DNA from: Squalus acanthias | Lineage: Eukaryota | Assembly: GCA_030390025.1 (NCBI GenBank) | Contig: CM059431.1 | Span: 98,892,001 to 98,956,000, forward strand | Direction of reading: 5' to 3' | DNA: 64,000 nt | In this document: positions 1 through 14,266 of the stretch, piece after piece | Numbering within the stretch: position 1 is the stretch's first letter | Layout of the letters: the number at the start of each line of letters is the position of its first letter | Position numbers and translations under genes: made by a program | The notes under the pieces: generated by a model | What the model saw: only the letters and a program-made list of their open reading frames with translations | The model's database searches: none | What the model was told of the DNA's origin: nothing

Positions 1-341
1 GGCTAATGCTTAAACATATTTAACCCTTCCTTCTTGAATTTTCATTGAGGAAAAATTTAACAAAAGAGGCTTTGATGATGGGACTAAATTTCCCAGCAGG
101 AACCACTTGGTGCAAGGAGCTGTTTGCGCTGTGTCGCATCACATTCCATCAGACCAACTGGCATCAGCCATGACCCCATAACCAAAATGGAGACAACAGA
201 ATAGTCGCAACGCGGTGAAACGACAGGCCTAAGTCACTGTTGCCTCTCCTTCCCACCATTCTGTATTGAGCAGCTCAGTAGTTGGGTGCTTGTACGTCTG
301 TATCGCACTAAGACGGTTGGGTAGAATCCATGCTTATTCTA

Positions 342-551
<210 letters not shown>

Positions 552-639
552 TCAAAATACAATGGGCAACACAATATTGATGGCTATTTCAAAATTATTA
601 TTTTGTATTGCGCTTTGGCAATTCTCAGAATCCCCAGTG

Positions 640-775
640 CAGATAGAGGCCATTTCGGCCCATCGAGCCTGCATATCCCACCCTATCCCCGTAACCCCAT
701 GTATTTAATCCCCCCTAACACTAAGGGTCAATTTATCATAGCCAAATCAACCTAACCCGCACATCTTTGGACTGT
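640..775 (-). mobile_element. HE1/V-SINE-like fragment with CR1-type tail
   Basis: Minus strand acagtccaaagatgtgcgggttaggttgatttggctatgataaattgacccttagtgt. Confidence 0.6.
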
Positions 776-2061
776 CAAATCAAGCTCAGCCAAATCTACA
801 AGCATCACTCGAGAGCAACTCCAAACTTCTCTCCAACACAAGCCACCTCCTCCGATATTCTTCTACCATACCTTCCATCCTCACCTCACACATTAAAGTA
901 CAAGGAAATCATGCACTTTTGTCCAAAATCAAGGCTTCAGTCTGCTCCCTTCCACTGTCCTCCAGCCACACTCCAGCCCTCCATCACCCGATCCCTTTCC
1001 CTCATACTCTAGTCACCACCCTCTATCCCGGCCCTCAAAATCACATCATGAAATACACAACTAATTTCCTCAATCCCCTCCAAGCTCCTGTCCACCCAAC
1101 CTTCATTCCTCAGCCCCTTGCTCACTAACAAACCTGTCCCCTACCTCCTTCAAAACTATAGTCATTATCCCTCTCAAAAAAAAATCCTCAACCATTCCAT
1201 TCTCAAAATTCATTTGGGAGAAATTCCCATATCCAGCACTTCAATTCAAGCAACTTGAAGGGTCAGAACGTGCAACAATGTACAAGTGAGGATTACAAGA
1301 ACGTGTTATCTTTAGGATTTCGAAGAGGAACATAAGTTCTCCCCAATAAGAACTTTGACTCATTTCCTCGCTCATAGAAGCCGGACACTGTAGGCTGCAG
1401 TCTCATTCACCAACACAAACGCCACCACTTCAGATAAACTGCATACATCCCAGAGCTGCCCCATTCACCAACACAAACACCACTTCCGACAGCCTGGATA
1501 CCAATCTGAAAAAAAGCCAGCGCTGGACAGATGCTATGTACTCACTCAAACCGTCTCTCGTTTAATGTGCTGGTGCACATGGCAACTCCAGGCTCCCTGA
1601 ATTACCAACCTTTCAGTCCTCCCCTCCCAAATACACCAAGTCAATGCCCAGAACATCTGCCTCTTCCAATAATGCCAAGTAACTGGTGACCTGAACGTGC
1701 TCATATTACCAACATCCACCTCTGACAAGTTCTCTCTCCAAGAGGGACTCATTGGGATACTGTCATTGTTCAAGACCTTTGCGAGGCTACAGTAAGATAA
1801 GCCATACGGCTTTTCTGGCTGTACATTAAACCACCCCTAGTGCCTTCATTAGCACCGCGAGTCAAGAGCTACCACAAACCCACATCTCATCACCACCACT
1901 CGCCTTTACAGTGCAACAGATACACATATGCTGTAAATGATTAACTATTAAAAATACTAACAGGGTAGCAATTTAAACACAGCAGATATTCTCATTTCAA
2001 ACTAAGTATTAGAGTATGTGCATGTGTTTGTTGGGAGAGGAAAAACATGGGAGAACATTTA

Positions 2062-2169
<108 letters not shown>

Positions 2170-3405
2170 TTAGACACTTGAAATGAGCAACCAAACCCAG
2201 AGGGAAATCTGCCATCATCCCTTTCATCAGCAGACCCAGATTTAATTTGCAAATATAACATATCTTGTAGAGTGAAGCCCAAGAGAAATGATAAAAAAAA
2301 CCTTATTACTCATGTAAAAACAAGAGTGTCCAGTCACCTGAAAATAGACACGAAGGAAACTTAATTGTTTAAAAGATAAAATTTGACATTTACACTGCAC
2401 AGTGCATGACATTTCTAAACCCTCTCAGAATCCAAAGCTGGTAGTTTCATTCCATGCAATGGACACACAGAAATGAAGCAGCCTCGCCAGTCAGTCAGCA
2501 CAACTGTTCCAGCCACATCGAAGTAGTTGGCAGCTCAGTGGAGACAAGAAAGATTCAGATTGCTGTCTGGAACAGTTATTTCAGTCGTATAAAAAAATTC
2601 AATTCAAAACAATTATAAATTCAAATTTAGCCCAAATTCTCAAACTTTTTTTGGATTCAAATCATTGAATCGAATCACTAATCCAGCCCGTCTCCAAATG
2701 AGCTGCTTGTGTCTGCCACCGCAGAAGGGAAGATCCCATAAATGGAAGTATTTTAACAGGACTACTGATGGTAGCAATGTCTAACTGCCCATTAACGGAT
2801 GTGCACAACTGGAATCAGTCAATCGTCTTGCTGCCCATCCCCTTTAGGGCAAGAGTGCCTAAACCCACTGCCTTTGTGCGCCCCATGAATGTGCGTCTTG
2901 GAGCCTCGGATAAAGTTCAATCCACGTTCCTGTTCATGGTCAATGTCTCAAGTTGCTGTTAGATCTCAGCGTTCTGATTTGGGATTCATCCACCAACGAG
3001 GCCCTTTCCAAACCTCCAGGCCCATGAAACTCAAACCAGACAAACCAGTGAGCGCAAATAGGGCTTTGCTGCCTGGATTTCAAGGGCTGCAGGTGCCCAT
3101 AAGGATGCGGGTTGGATGCATCTGTTTTAAAGATCTACCGCACTCCCACTCTGATCAGAACAAGACTGCAGAGAAAACAGCCTCACCTCCTGCCATGTAG
3201 AGTGTATCGCTGTTAACAGACTGGTTCGTGCACCGGTGTTACTGGCAGCTGTCTGATATATTGAGTAACCTCCAGGGCACCTAAAAATCTGCTACTGCAG
3301 TAAGCAATTGACGTTAAAGCTGTTGAAATCAATGCAATGGAATGCTGACTTTACAAGATAATTCTATGCCACTCAATAGAAAGAAAAAGTTCCAAAACAA
3401 TTCAC

Positions 3406-3790
3406 GGCCAATGAATTACTTTTGAAGTGTAGTCACTGCTGTAGAGAAATGGTAACCAATCTGCACACAGCAAGATCCCACAGACAGCATTCAGATAGAT
3501 AAGTTAATTTTTTTTTAAAGCAGTGTTAGTTGAGGGAAAAAATATTGGTCAGGACACCAGAGAACTCTGCTCTTCTTTGAATAGTGCCATGGGATCTTTT
3601 GTGTCCAACTGAGAGGGCAGACAGGCCTCGGTTTAACGTTTCATCCAAAAGACGGCATCTCCGACTGCACAGCGCTCCCTTAGTACTGACCCTCCGAAAG
3701 TGCAGCGCTCCCTCAGTACTGCACCAAATTGTCAGCTTAGATCGTGTGCTCAGGTACTGGAGTGGGACAGAGGTGAGAGGCTACCAAGGG
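3406..3790 (-). mobile_element. Deu-domain SINE (partial, small internal duplication)
   Basis: atagtgccatgggatctttt...cctcggtttaacgtttcatccaaaagacggca core. Confidence 0.8.
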
Positions 3791-3954
3791 GGCCAAACAG
3801 ACCCCGTGGAGCACGTTAAATGTTATACAAACTGGCACTGTGATCAGTGTCGATCTCAGCAGAGTTGCCAACTTGAAAATTAACAGCAGGACCTCGATGG
3901 AAACAGTGGGAGCTGCAAACAAAGGGCATAAAGTCAATTCACTCAAGGCCAACA

Positions 3955-4148
3955 ACGTGTATTTATACAGCGCCTTTAATGTAGGAAAACTTCCCAAGAC
4001 ACTTCACAGGAGCATTATCAAACAAAGTTTGACAGTGAGCTACATAAGGAGATATTAGGACAGGTGACCTAAAGCTTGGTCAGAGAGGTAGGTTTTAAGA
4101 AACGTCTTAAAGGAGAGAGAGGTAGAGAGGTTTAGGGAGGGAATTGCA
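3955..4148 (-). mobile_element. L2 3' end fragment
   Basis: Reverse complement resembles the 41.5-41.75 kb L2 tail. Confidence 0.65.
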
Positions 4149-4187
4149 GTCAGTTTGTCCGTTCAAATCAACAGCAAACTGCGTTTA

Positions 4188-4577
<390 letters not shown>

Positions 4578-5175
4578 TTACAAAATGCCTCCATTCCTTT
4601 ATGGAAAAGCTTGTGGACAGACACTGGTGAGCGAGGGGGGGGGGGGGGGGGGGAGGAGAGCAGGGCAGTAATTGTCAAGAAGGAATTCAGTAATGTTTAA
4701 GTTTGGTATTCTCTCTCAATAATACCAGCCCAAATTGCAGATACGGCATGATTCAGAGAATTCGGACCCCTCTTGACATGCTGTACTGGCGAGAAGGACA
4801 ATTATATATTGTTTTTGAGTGGTTGAGCTTCAGAGAAATCACACGGGTTTTATACAGGACAAGACAGGCAGATGCTCGCGAGTGCTGGTGTTTGGATAGT
4901 ACAGTACACCAACCCCCTCACCACACTAATGGGACTTAATAAAAATCCAAATGATTGCAAGAATTAAGGAACTTCCAACTACCTCCCATCCCTGGTAAAA
5001 TTGAAGATAACCTATTGTGTACAGTGGGTCGCATTCAATTACAATGAGTCTGCTTGATTATTTGTTTTAGTTGCTAAATATAGATCAATCATACTCCAAT
5101 TTGTTGGCTGTTGCCAACAGGAGTGGTGCAATCAAAAGGCCTGGAGAAAAGGAGATTTTCAATTTGTTTCAGTAC

Positions 5176-5239
5176 CTGTACGATACCAAGAGTAGCTGAT
5201 GTCACAGGATCGGAGAAATCACCACCAGGGGGAGAGACA
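5176..5239 (-). CDS. ATP6V1A: ATP6V1A exon 11
   Basis: [21 protein letters not shown]; cag| and |GTACT; 64 nt. Confidence 0.97.
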
Positions 5240-5389
5240 CTGCAATAGAAGACAAAATGAGTTAGGGGGTGAAGAAAGCAGCTAATAATTTTAGCAGTCA
5301 GTTGTTCTCGATGCAACTTCAATTATAGAAGTGCTGAAGGAAGCATTTGTAATAAAAACTAAAGAGCAGGTAGAGAGCAATCAAGCAAA

Positions 5390-8300
5390 AGAGTGAGAGA
5401 AAGAGAAAAAAGCGAGAGAGAGAAAGCGGCAGCGGGACATAAAGCAGAGCGCGGAGGAACAGTGCGGACCTAATCGGAGGCGGCGGCTGAACCTTCCCCG
5501 ATTTCCAAAAATACCAAGGTGTGATGTCACAGGACAGCAGGTGAGTGATTGGCTGGTGAGTATTAAGGTTTTGTTTTCTCTAAACTAAGACAGTGGTTTA
5601 TACCAGGAGCGGGAAACTATAACAGTGTATTAAATTTAGAGCTCAACTAGTTCAACTAATAGAGGTATGGCAGGGCAGCTCAGTCCCGTGATTTGCACAT
5701 CCTGTGCCATGTGGGAAGTCCTGGACGCCCACGTGTGCAGGAAGTGTCGCCAGCTACAGCAACTCGAGCTACGGGTTTTGGAGCTCGAGCGGCAGCTGGA
5801 GTCACTACATTGCATCCGCGAGGCTGAGAAATACTTGGAAAGCACGTTTCTAGAAGTGGTCACCCCGCTGCCTCAGAATGTGCAGGCAGAGAGGGAATGG
5901 GTGACCACCAGACAGGGGAGGAGGACCAGGCAGGTAGGGCAGGAATCCCCAGAGTGCATCGCGCTCGCTTACCGGTTCACAGTTCTGGAAACTGGTGGGG
6001 GGTGATGGCTTCTCTGGGGAGAGCAGCCAGAGCCAAGGCCATGGCACCACAGATGGCTCAGCTGCACAGGGGGGTAAGGAAGAAGAGTGGAAGAGCAATA
6101 GTGATAGGGAATTCATTGGTTATGGGAACAGATGGGCGTTTCTGTGGACGCAGGCGCGCCTCCCTGGTGCCAGGGTCAAGGATGTCATTGAGCGGCTGCA
6201 GGACACACTCACTGAGGGGGGAGGGTGAACAGCCAGAGGTCGTTGTCCATATCGGTACCAATGACATAGGCAGAAAGAGGGATGAGGGTCTGCAGGCAGA
6301 CTATAGGAGCTAGGAAGAGATTAAAAAGCAGGATCTCAAAGGTAGTAATCTGTGGATTACTCCCAGTGCCACATGCTAGTGAATACAGGAATAGGAGGAT
6401 AGAACAGATGAATGCGTGGCTGGAGAGATGGTGCAGGTGGGAGGGCTTTAGCTTCCTGAGGCATTGGGACTGTTCCTGGGGGAGGTGGGACCTGTACAAG
6501 CCGGACGGGTTACACCTCAACGGAGCCAGAACCAATATTCTCGCGGGGAGGTTTGCTAGTGTTGTTGGGGAGGGTTTAAACTAGCTTGGCAGGGGGGTGG
6601 GCACCAGCATATAGGAGTAGAAAAGAGGAATAAGGTGCATAAAAGAGTGAGTGTGTTGGATAGTACTAGAGATGAAAGTAGTACCATATTAGATAGGAGC
6701 AGACTAAGAAAGACTATGAAAAATTCAAAAATGGGTTTAGAATGCATGTACAGAAACGCACAAAGTGTGGTGAATAAGGTTGGTGAGCTACAAGCACAAT
6801 TAGCTGTATGGCAATATGATGTTGTGGCAATAACGGAAACGTGGCTTAAAAACAGAGAGAACTGGGCACTTAATATTCAAGGGTACAAGGTGTTCAGAAA
6901 AGATAGGGAAGGAAAAAAGGGAGGTGGGGTGGGTAGTGTTGGAAAGGGAGGATGTTCTTGAGGGGACAAGGACAGAATCCATTTGGTTAGAGTTGAGGAG
7001 CAAACAGGGTATGATCACGCTATTGGGGATATTCTACAGGCCTCCAAATAGTGAGAGGGAGGTAGAGGAGCAAATCTGCAGGGAAATCGCAGAGATATGC
7101 AAGAGCTATAGAGTGGTGATATTGGGGGACTTTAATTACCCAAATATCGATTGGGATAATGCTAGGGTAAAGGGAAAGGAGGGGGAGGAATTTCTGAAAT
7201 GTGTTCAGGAGGATTTCCTTGACCAGTATGTTCTTGGCCCAACTAGGAAGGAGGCATTGCTGGATCTGGTGCTGGGGAATGAGGTGGGCCAGGTCGACCA
7301 AGTGTCTGTGGGAGAACACTTGGGTGCGAGTAATCATCGCATCATACAAATTAGTTTAGCAATGGAGAGGAGCAAGGAACAATCTAGAGTGGAACTTCTA
7401 AACTGGAATAGGGCTAACTTCAATGGGATGCAAAAGGATCTAGCCAGGGTAAAATGGAACCAAAGACTGACAGGAAAAACTAATGGAACAATGGGTGATC
7501 TTTGAGGAGGAGATGTTCCAAGTACAGGCTAGGTACATTCCAACAAGGGGGAAGGGTAAGGGAACCAAAGCAAGGGCTCCTTGGATGACAAGGGAGATAG
7601 AGAAGATGAAGAAACAAAAAAAAAGGTGTATGATGCATGTCAGGTGAATTCTTCAAGGGAGAACCAGACCAAATACAATAAGTTGAGAGGCGAAGTGAAG
7701 ATGAAATTAAGATTGGCAAAGCGAGAATATGAGAGTAGAATGGCGGTTAACATAAAAGGGAACCCAAAAATCTTCTACCAGCATGTAAACAGTAAGTGGG
7801 TAGTAAGAGGTGGGGTGGGGCCTATTGGGGACAAAGGTGGTGATATATGCTTAGAGGCGCAGGGCAAGGTTAGAATACTCAATGAGTGCATTGTATCAGT
7901 GTTTACTAAGGAGGTGGATTCTGACAAAATATTGGTAGAAGTGGAAAAGGTAGAAGCAATAGAAGGGGTGAAAATTGATAGACAAGATGTACTAGAAAGG
8001 CTGGGCATGCTTAGAGTGGACAAGTCGCCTGGTCCAGATAGCTTGCATCCCAGGTTGCTAAGGGAATTGGGGGAGGAGATAGCAGAAGGGCTTGCCATAA
8101 TTTTCCAATCTTCCCTAGATGAGGGGGAGGTGCCTGAGGATTGGAAAGTGGCAAATGTGACACCCTTGTTCAAGAAAGGGTGCAAGGACAATCCTAGTAA
8201 CCAAAGGCTGGTCAGTTTAACATAAGTGGTGGGTAAAGTTTTAGAAATAATAATGAAGGAAAAAATTATCGGGCACTTGGAGAGGTTTAAGCTAATTAAG

Positions 8301-9563
8301 GAGAGCCAACATGGCAGATCGTGTTTGACTAATCTAATTTTTTGACGAAGTAACAGGGGGGATTGATGAAGGGAATGCAATGGATGTTGTCTACATGGAT
8401 TTTAGGAAGGTGTTTGACAAAGTACCACATAGAAAGCTGGTTAACAAAATTGAGGCTCATGGAATAGGTGGGTCAGTGACAGCTTGGATAAGGAATTGGC
8501 TTAAGGATAGAAAACAGCGAGTTGTGGTAAATGGCTGTTTTTCAGACTGGAGGATGGTAGACAGTGGTGTTCCCCAAGGGTCAGTGCTGGAGTCACTGCT
8601 TTTTGTGATATATAAATGATCTGGATATTGGAATAGAGTAGAATTTCTAAATTTGCTGATGACACCAAACTTGGGGGTGTGGCAAACAGCGAGGATGATA
8701 CCAATCGACTGCAGCAGGACATAGAAAGGCTAGCAGAATGGGCAGACAAGTGGCAGATGGAATTTAATAGAGAAGTGTGAGGTGATGCATTTTGGCAGAA
8801 GGAACAGGGAGAGGCAATATACACTTAATGGCACAGTTTTAAAGAGTGTGCAGGGACAGAGGGACCTGGGAGTTAATGTGCACTGGATGTGGCAGGACAT
8901 ATTGAGAGAGAGTGTGGTTAGCAAAGCATATGGGATCTTGGGCTTCATAAATAGAGGTATTGAGTACAAAAGTAGAGAAGTTATGCTGAACCTTTATAAA
9001 GCACTGGTTAGGCCACAACTGGAGTATTGCGTCCAGTTCTGGTCACCACACTTTAGCAAGGATATGAAAGCCTTGAGGGGGGTGCAGAGGAGATTTACCA
9101 GAATGGTTCCTGGGATGGGAGAATCTTAGCTAAAAGGACAGGTTGGAGAAGCTGGATTTGTTTTCATTAGAGCAAAGGAGGTTGAGGGGTGATTTGATAG
9201 AGGTGTACAAGATTATGACGGGTTTGGATAGGCTAGACGGGGAAAGGTTGTTCCCACTAGTTGATGGTACAAGGACTAGGGGACACAGATTTAAGGTTTT
9301 GGGCAAGAGATACAGGGGGGACGTGAGGAAAAGCTTTTTTACGCAGCGAGTGGCGAGGACCTGGAACTCGCTGCCGACGAAAGTGGTGGAAGCGGAGACA
9401 CTCAATGTTTTCAAGGGGAGACTGGATAGGCACTTGAGGGAAATAAACTTGCAGGGCTACGGGGATAGAGCGGGGGAATGGGACTGACTGGATCGCTCCA
9501 GAGCGCCGGCACGGACTTGATGGGCCAAATGGCCTCCTTCTATGCCGTTATGACTCTATGACT
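5390..9563 (+). mobile_element. Near full-length CR1-type LINE, inactivated, antisense in ATP6V1A intron 10
   Basis: 5' UTR; ORF1 5667-6584 (CxxC..CxxC, coiled coil, SGNH-esterase-like VHIGTND and DGLHLN; frameshifted); ORF2 ~6731-9487 (APE motifs ITETWL and GDFNYP; RT motifs GVPQGS and KFADD; stops and frameshifts); TATGACTC-type terminal repeats. Confidence 0.93.
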
Positions 9564-10633
9564 AATGTGAGAAAGAAAAAGATGGACACATATATACAAT
9601 TATTGAGTTCTGAAATAATGTAAAGAAATGGTTTTAGCACAAGAATATGTTAAACATTAGATTTAGGATATTCTCAGATTGTGAAAACCGCTCACAATCA
9701 GCAAGCTGTAGAAGATCTGGAGCGGTATGTTAGAATAAAGTCTCTCTCGCTCTCTAATTATCACCTACCTTTCAGTGTGACACGGTCTCTAGCTTGGACA
9801 CCAATACAGTGTCTAATACCGTGTTGGAGATTTGAAAGTGCGCCACATGCCATGGCCCTCATTTCTTTCTTACGGGATTTTAAAGTATCCTGAGAGAACT
9901 GTACACAGCTGCCCGATGGGTGACTGCATAAAACTGGCAGCTTATACCCTCCGGCATCAGAATGTGGGACATGCCTCAAAGTGGGAATAACAACTGAACC
10001 GTTACCAAGCAGCACATCAGACTCCTGACTGCCTGTTCCACTCCTAGCTAGCTGAGGGAGGGTTTCTTATTGTTTTGCATCTGTGCTTAACGGACATCAA
10101 CCTCAGCGCCACTGATGTAGCTGATCAAGACCCTGATTAAAGCAACTTAGATATGCAGAACCCAAGAATTTCCAGCTGGTTTCTTCGGTGCTTCATTTGT
10201 GTAGATGTGGGAAGTGAGATGTTTGAAAATTGTGCAAGATCCAAGAGAAGGTTGGGAATGATGGCTACTATTCTGTGATTTAAGCTCTTAGCTCTAAGAA
10301 ACTCCAAGCAATTAAGGCAAATTCCTCTCGCAGTGTGCATCAGTACTTTTCCAATCTCATTTCATTTAGTATCATTTCCCACATTACAACAGTGACTACA
10401 CTCCAAAAGTACTTAATTGGCTGTAAAGCGCTTTGAGACATCCGGTGGTCGTGAAAGGCGCTATATAAATGCAAGTCTTTCTTTTTTTATCGATACAGAC
10501 TATGATTAAACGATGACCATGAAGAGGTGTGCCGCATATTTTTATCCAAAGAACAAACCACCAAGCAGCCTCCCGGCAGAACAAGTCTCCACGCACACGG
10601 GGCTGATGCTTCTAGTTCCTGATTAAATACTTA

Positions 10634-10801
<168 letters not shown>

Positions 10802-10860
10802 TTAAGCATTTGGATAATATCAGTCTGCTGAAAATACAGATCCAAGTCAAATTAGCTCCA

Positions 10861-11065
10861 CAACACAAAAGCAAAATACTGCGGATGCTGGAAATCAAAT
10901 AAAAACAGAAAATGCTGGAAATACTCAGGTCAGGCAGCATCTGTAGAAAGAGAAACTTTTTCCAGTTCCGACGAAGGGTCATCAACCTGAAACGTTAACT
11001 CTGTTTCTCTCTCTACAGATGCTGCCTGACCTGCTGAGTATTTCCAGCATTTTCTGTTTTTATTT
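10861..11065. mobile_element. Penelope-like element end (family B), fold-back, with 13-bp flanking direct repeat CAAATTAGCTCCA
   Basis: Arms 10897-10956 and 11003-11065; direct repeats 10848-10860 and 11066-11078. Confidence 0.75.
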
Positions 11066-11463
11066 CAAATTAGCTCCAACTGTTTTTTTGTGGAAAATGG
11101 AATATGCGAGCAACAAGTTTTGGATCTGCCTTAGATATCCTCTCGGCTAAGAGATGCCAGTCACTCCGGTAAGCAGTCCAAGTATCTTGCCTTCAGAAGT
11201 GAGCCCATACTGCTCAATATCTAATCGTAGGATAGCGTAACCCAGGGTGTAACAATTACAAAAGGTTATCATGTCTCACACAAGAGGTTCTCCAATCTTT
11301 ATAATAGGCATCTTACGTACATCTTACTGTGGGAGTTAAGCATTAACGATTCAAAACCAAGCCTCGTCTCATCTCGGGTCAATGCAGTCTGCCTTTGGAG
11401 GGATTGGAGAGTTCCGGCCCAGATTGCAAGGGCGTTTCATTGTTACATACTCGGTACCCGCTA

Positions 11464-11778
<315 letters not shown>

Positions 11779-11889
11779 TTAAAAAAAGGTGTCAAACGGG
11801 AGGAAACAGTTAATGTTGTGCCATTTTCTGTTATAAACATTTCGAAGCCTGCATCGTTTCATTAAGTTATAATAGAGTGCACAATGAGC

Positions 11890-12545
11890 AGATCACCAGC
11901 TATGCACTTCTGCAGGGGTCAAGCGAGATGGTAGAAAGACACCAGCCCAAAGCTTTAGATGATGTCACCAAAGTGTAGTATGTGATTTAGGATATGGAGG
12001 GGGTCCAAGGATGGATCTTTGGGGTACTCCTGAGGTGACAGAGCAGGCATGGAAAGAGAAGCCTTTGGCTATGATTAGTGACCAAGAATGGAGCCAAGCA
12101 AAGACAGTCCCAAGAAGCTGGAGCAGGATATATTCTGGAGCACAGAGGTTGCAGGAGGATTCTGTGATGAACTGTCGGAGGCTGCAGAGAGGTCAAGGAC
12201 GAGGAGGAGGGACAATGCACGACCGTCTCAGAAGAAGATGTTAGTTACTTTGGTTAGGGCCGTTTTGGTGATGCGAGAGGGGTGGAAACCTGATTGAAGG
12301 GATCCAAACATGGAGCAGAGAGAAATGGGCACGGATCTGGGAAGCAACAGTACACGAACAACATGGAAAAGGCAAGCGAGGTTGGAGATAGTACAGTACA
12401 TAGCAACAAGAAAAGAGTCGAAGGTGAGTTTTTAAAGGAAGGGGTGATCACAGAGGTTTTGAAAGATAGGGAGAAGAGTGCCTAAGGAGTGGAAACCATT
12501 TAAAATAAAATGAGGGTCAGGAAGGGAAGTTTGGTGATCAGGAGT
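11890..12545 (-). mobile_element. Diverged L2 RT fragment
   Basis: ggggtccaaggatggatctttggggtactcc is the reverse complement of GVPQRSILGP-like coding sequence. Confidence 0.6.
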
Positions 12546-12597
12546 TTACTTTACAAGCATGTCTTTAAAAGCAACCAAGTTTAATCATTAAGTTCAA

Positions 12598-13050
12598 TAG
12601 CAAAATACTGCAGATGCTGGAATCTGAAATAAAAACAAAAAATGCTGGATATATTCAGGTGGTCAGGCAGCATCCGTGGAGAGAGAGAAACAGAGTTAAC
12701 ATTTCAGGTCTGCGACCCTTCGTCAGAACTGGAAAAAGTTAGAGATGTAACAGATTTTAACCAGGTGCAGAGGCAGGGAAAGGTGGGGGGGGGGTGGGGG
12801 AGGAATGAACAAAAGGGACAGTCTGTGATAGGGTGGAATGCAGGAGTGATTAAATGCTGCAAATGGGTATGGCAAAATCATCAACAGCTGCCGTCTGGAA
12901 AAAAATAGGGGCAGAGGTTATGGTCTGAAATTGTTGAACTCGATGTTGAGTCCATAAGGCTGTAAAGTGCCTAATCGAAAGATGAGGTGCTGTTCCTCGA
13001 GCTTATGTTGGAACAGTGCAAGAGGCCGAGGACAGAGGTCAGAGTGGGAT
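12598..13050 (-). mobile_element. Penelope-like element 3' fragment (family B)
   Basis: gcaaaatactgcagatgctgg...caggcagcatccgtggagagag motif with a hammerhead core on the minus strand. Confidence 0.75.
12694..12730 (-). ncRNA. Minimal type I hammerhead ribozyme motif
   Basis: aguu CUGACGA a ggguc-gca-gaccu GAAA ug UU aacu; core intact. Confidence 0.6.
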
Positions 13051-13146
13051 TAAGCAGTAAGTTATCCATCGGAGAGCTGGGGAGGTTTCTACCATCTGCT
13101 TGCCACCCCAGCAAGTGAGTGCAGTGTTATCTTTGGGCAAGAGCTA

Positions 13147-13371
<225 letters not shown>

Positions 13372-14127
13372 CTACAAGGGGCAAGAGAAATAAGGCACAT
13401 TAGCACCGGGATTGATCTAAACAATGAGTGTGGAGAGAGAAGAGGGATTCAGCCTGATCGTTCTGGATCTGCAGGCTTCAGGCAATGCCGATACGGAGCT
13501 GTAATACTGCTTTTTGGTTAAATAGCGAATCAGTAAAACCTGCACCCTGCTATCACTAATTCAGCTCCCGCCATCTTTGCCCAACAGGGAAGGGTGGAAT
13601 AACGTGAGCTAAATGGAACACAGAATAGAGCAAAACTCAATAATTGCATGTCACAACTTTGACGGGAGATTACAAATGCTAAGAGACCAGACACAGGAGT
13701 CACTTCTTGTCACAGTAGGTGAAGGATTTAAAACAGACTCTCGTGTATCCCTTTTCACCTCTACGCTAGAGTCATTGGGAAAACGTGTTGGGGAGAGGCA
13801 TTCCTGGGGGATTGGTCTGAGTGGACGAAAAGCTGCTTTCATCTAGTCTAACTTTTGCTGAACTTGCTGAGGAGTTTATAAAAAAGACTTGCATTTATAT
13901 AGCACCTTTCACGACCACCAGACGTCCCAAAGCGCTTTACAGCCAATGAAGTACTTTTGAAGTGTAGTCATTGCTGTAATGTAGGAAACACGGCAGCCAA
14001 TTTGCACACAGAAGGCTCCCACAAACAGCAATGTGATAATGACGAGATAATCCGTGTTAGCGATGTTGATTGAGGAATAAATATTGGCCAGGACACCGGG
14101 GATAACTCCCCTGCTCTTTTAAATAGT

Positions 14128-14266
14128 CATGATGTGGAGATGCCGGCGTTGGACTGGGGTGGACAAAAATGAGAAGTCGCACAACACCAGGTTATAGTCC
14201 AACAGATTTATTTAATTTTACAAGCTTTCGGAGCAGTTCGCTCCTTCGTCAGGTAAGTTTAGCTTA
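14128..14266 (-). mobile_element. Penelope-like element end (family A) with 12-bp TSD CTTTTAAATAGT
   Basis: Direct repeats 14116-14127 and 14267-14278; contains a hammerhead core; family assigned from recall. Confidence 0.75.
14218..14256 (-). ncRNA. Minimal type I hammerhead ribozyme motif
   Basis: uuac CUGACGA a ggagc-gaacu-gcucc GAAA gc UU guaa: helix I (4 bp), intact core, helix II (5 bp), palindromic AAGCUU. Confidence 0.7.

Noticed and set aside
4635..4653. Long G/C homopolymers (also ~15024, 20627, 27501, 38196, 60255)
   Set aside because: Simple slippage runs of uncertain length; no positional pattern apart from generic G4 potential.
5198..5534. 13-bp identity TGATGTCACAGGA between exon 11 and the CR1 5' UTR
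   Set aside because: The second copy is internal to the element rather than at a boundary, so it is not a TSD; most likely chance.
5390..9582. Possible TSD for the long CR1 (gtgagagaaaga vs gtgagaaagaaa)
   Set aside because: Low-complexity purine sequence and an inexact match.
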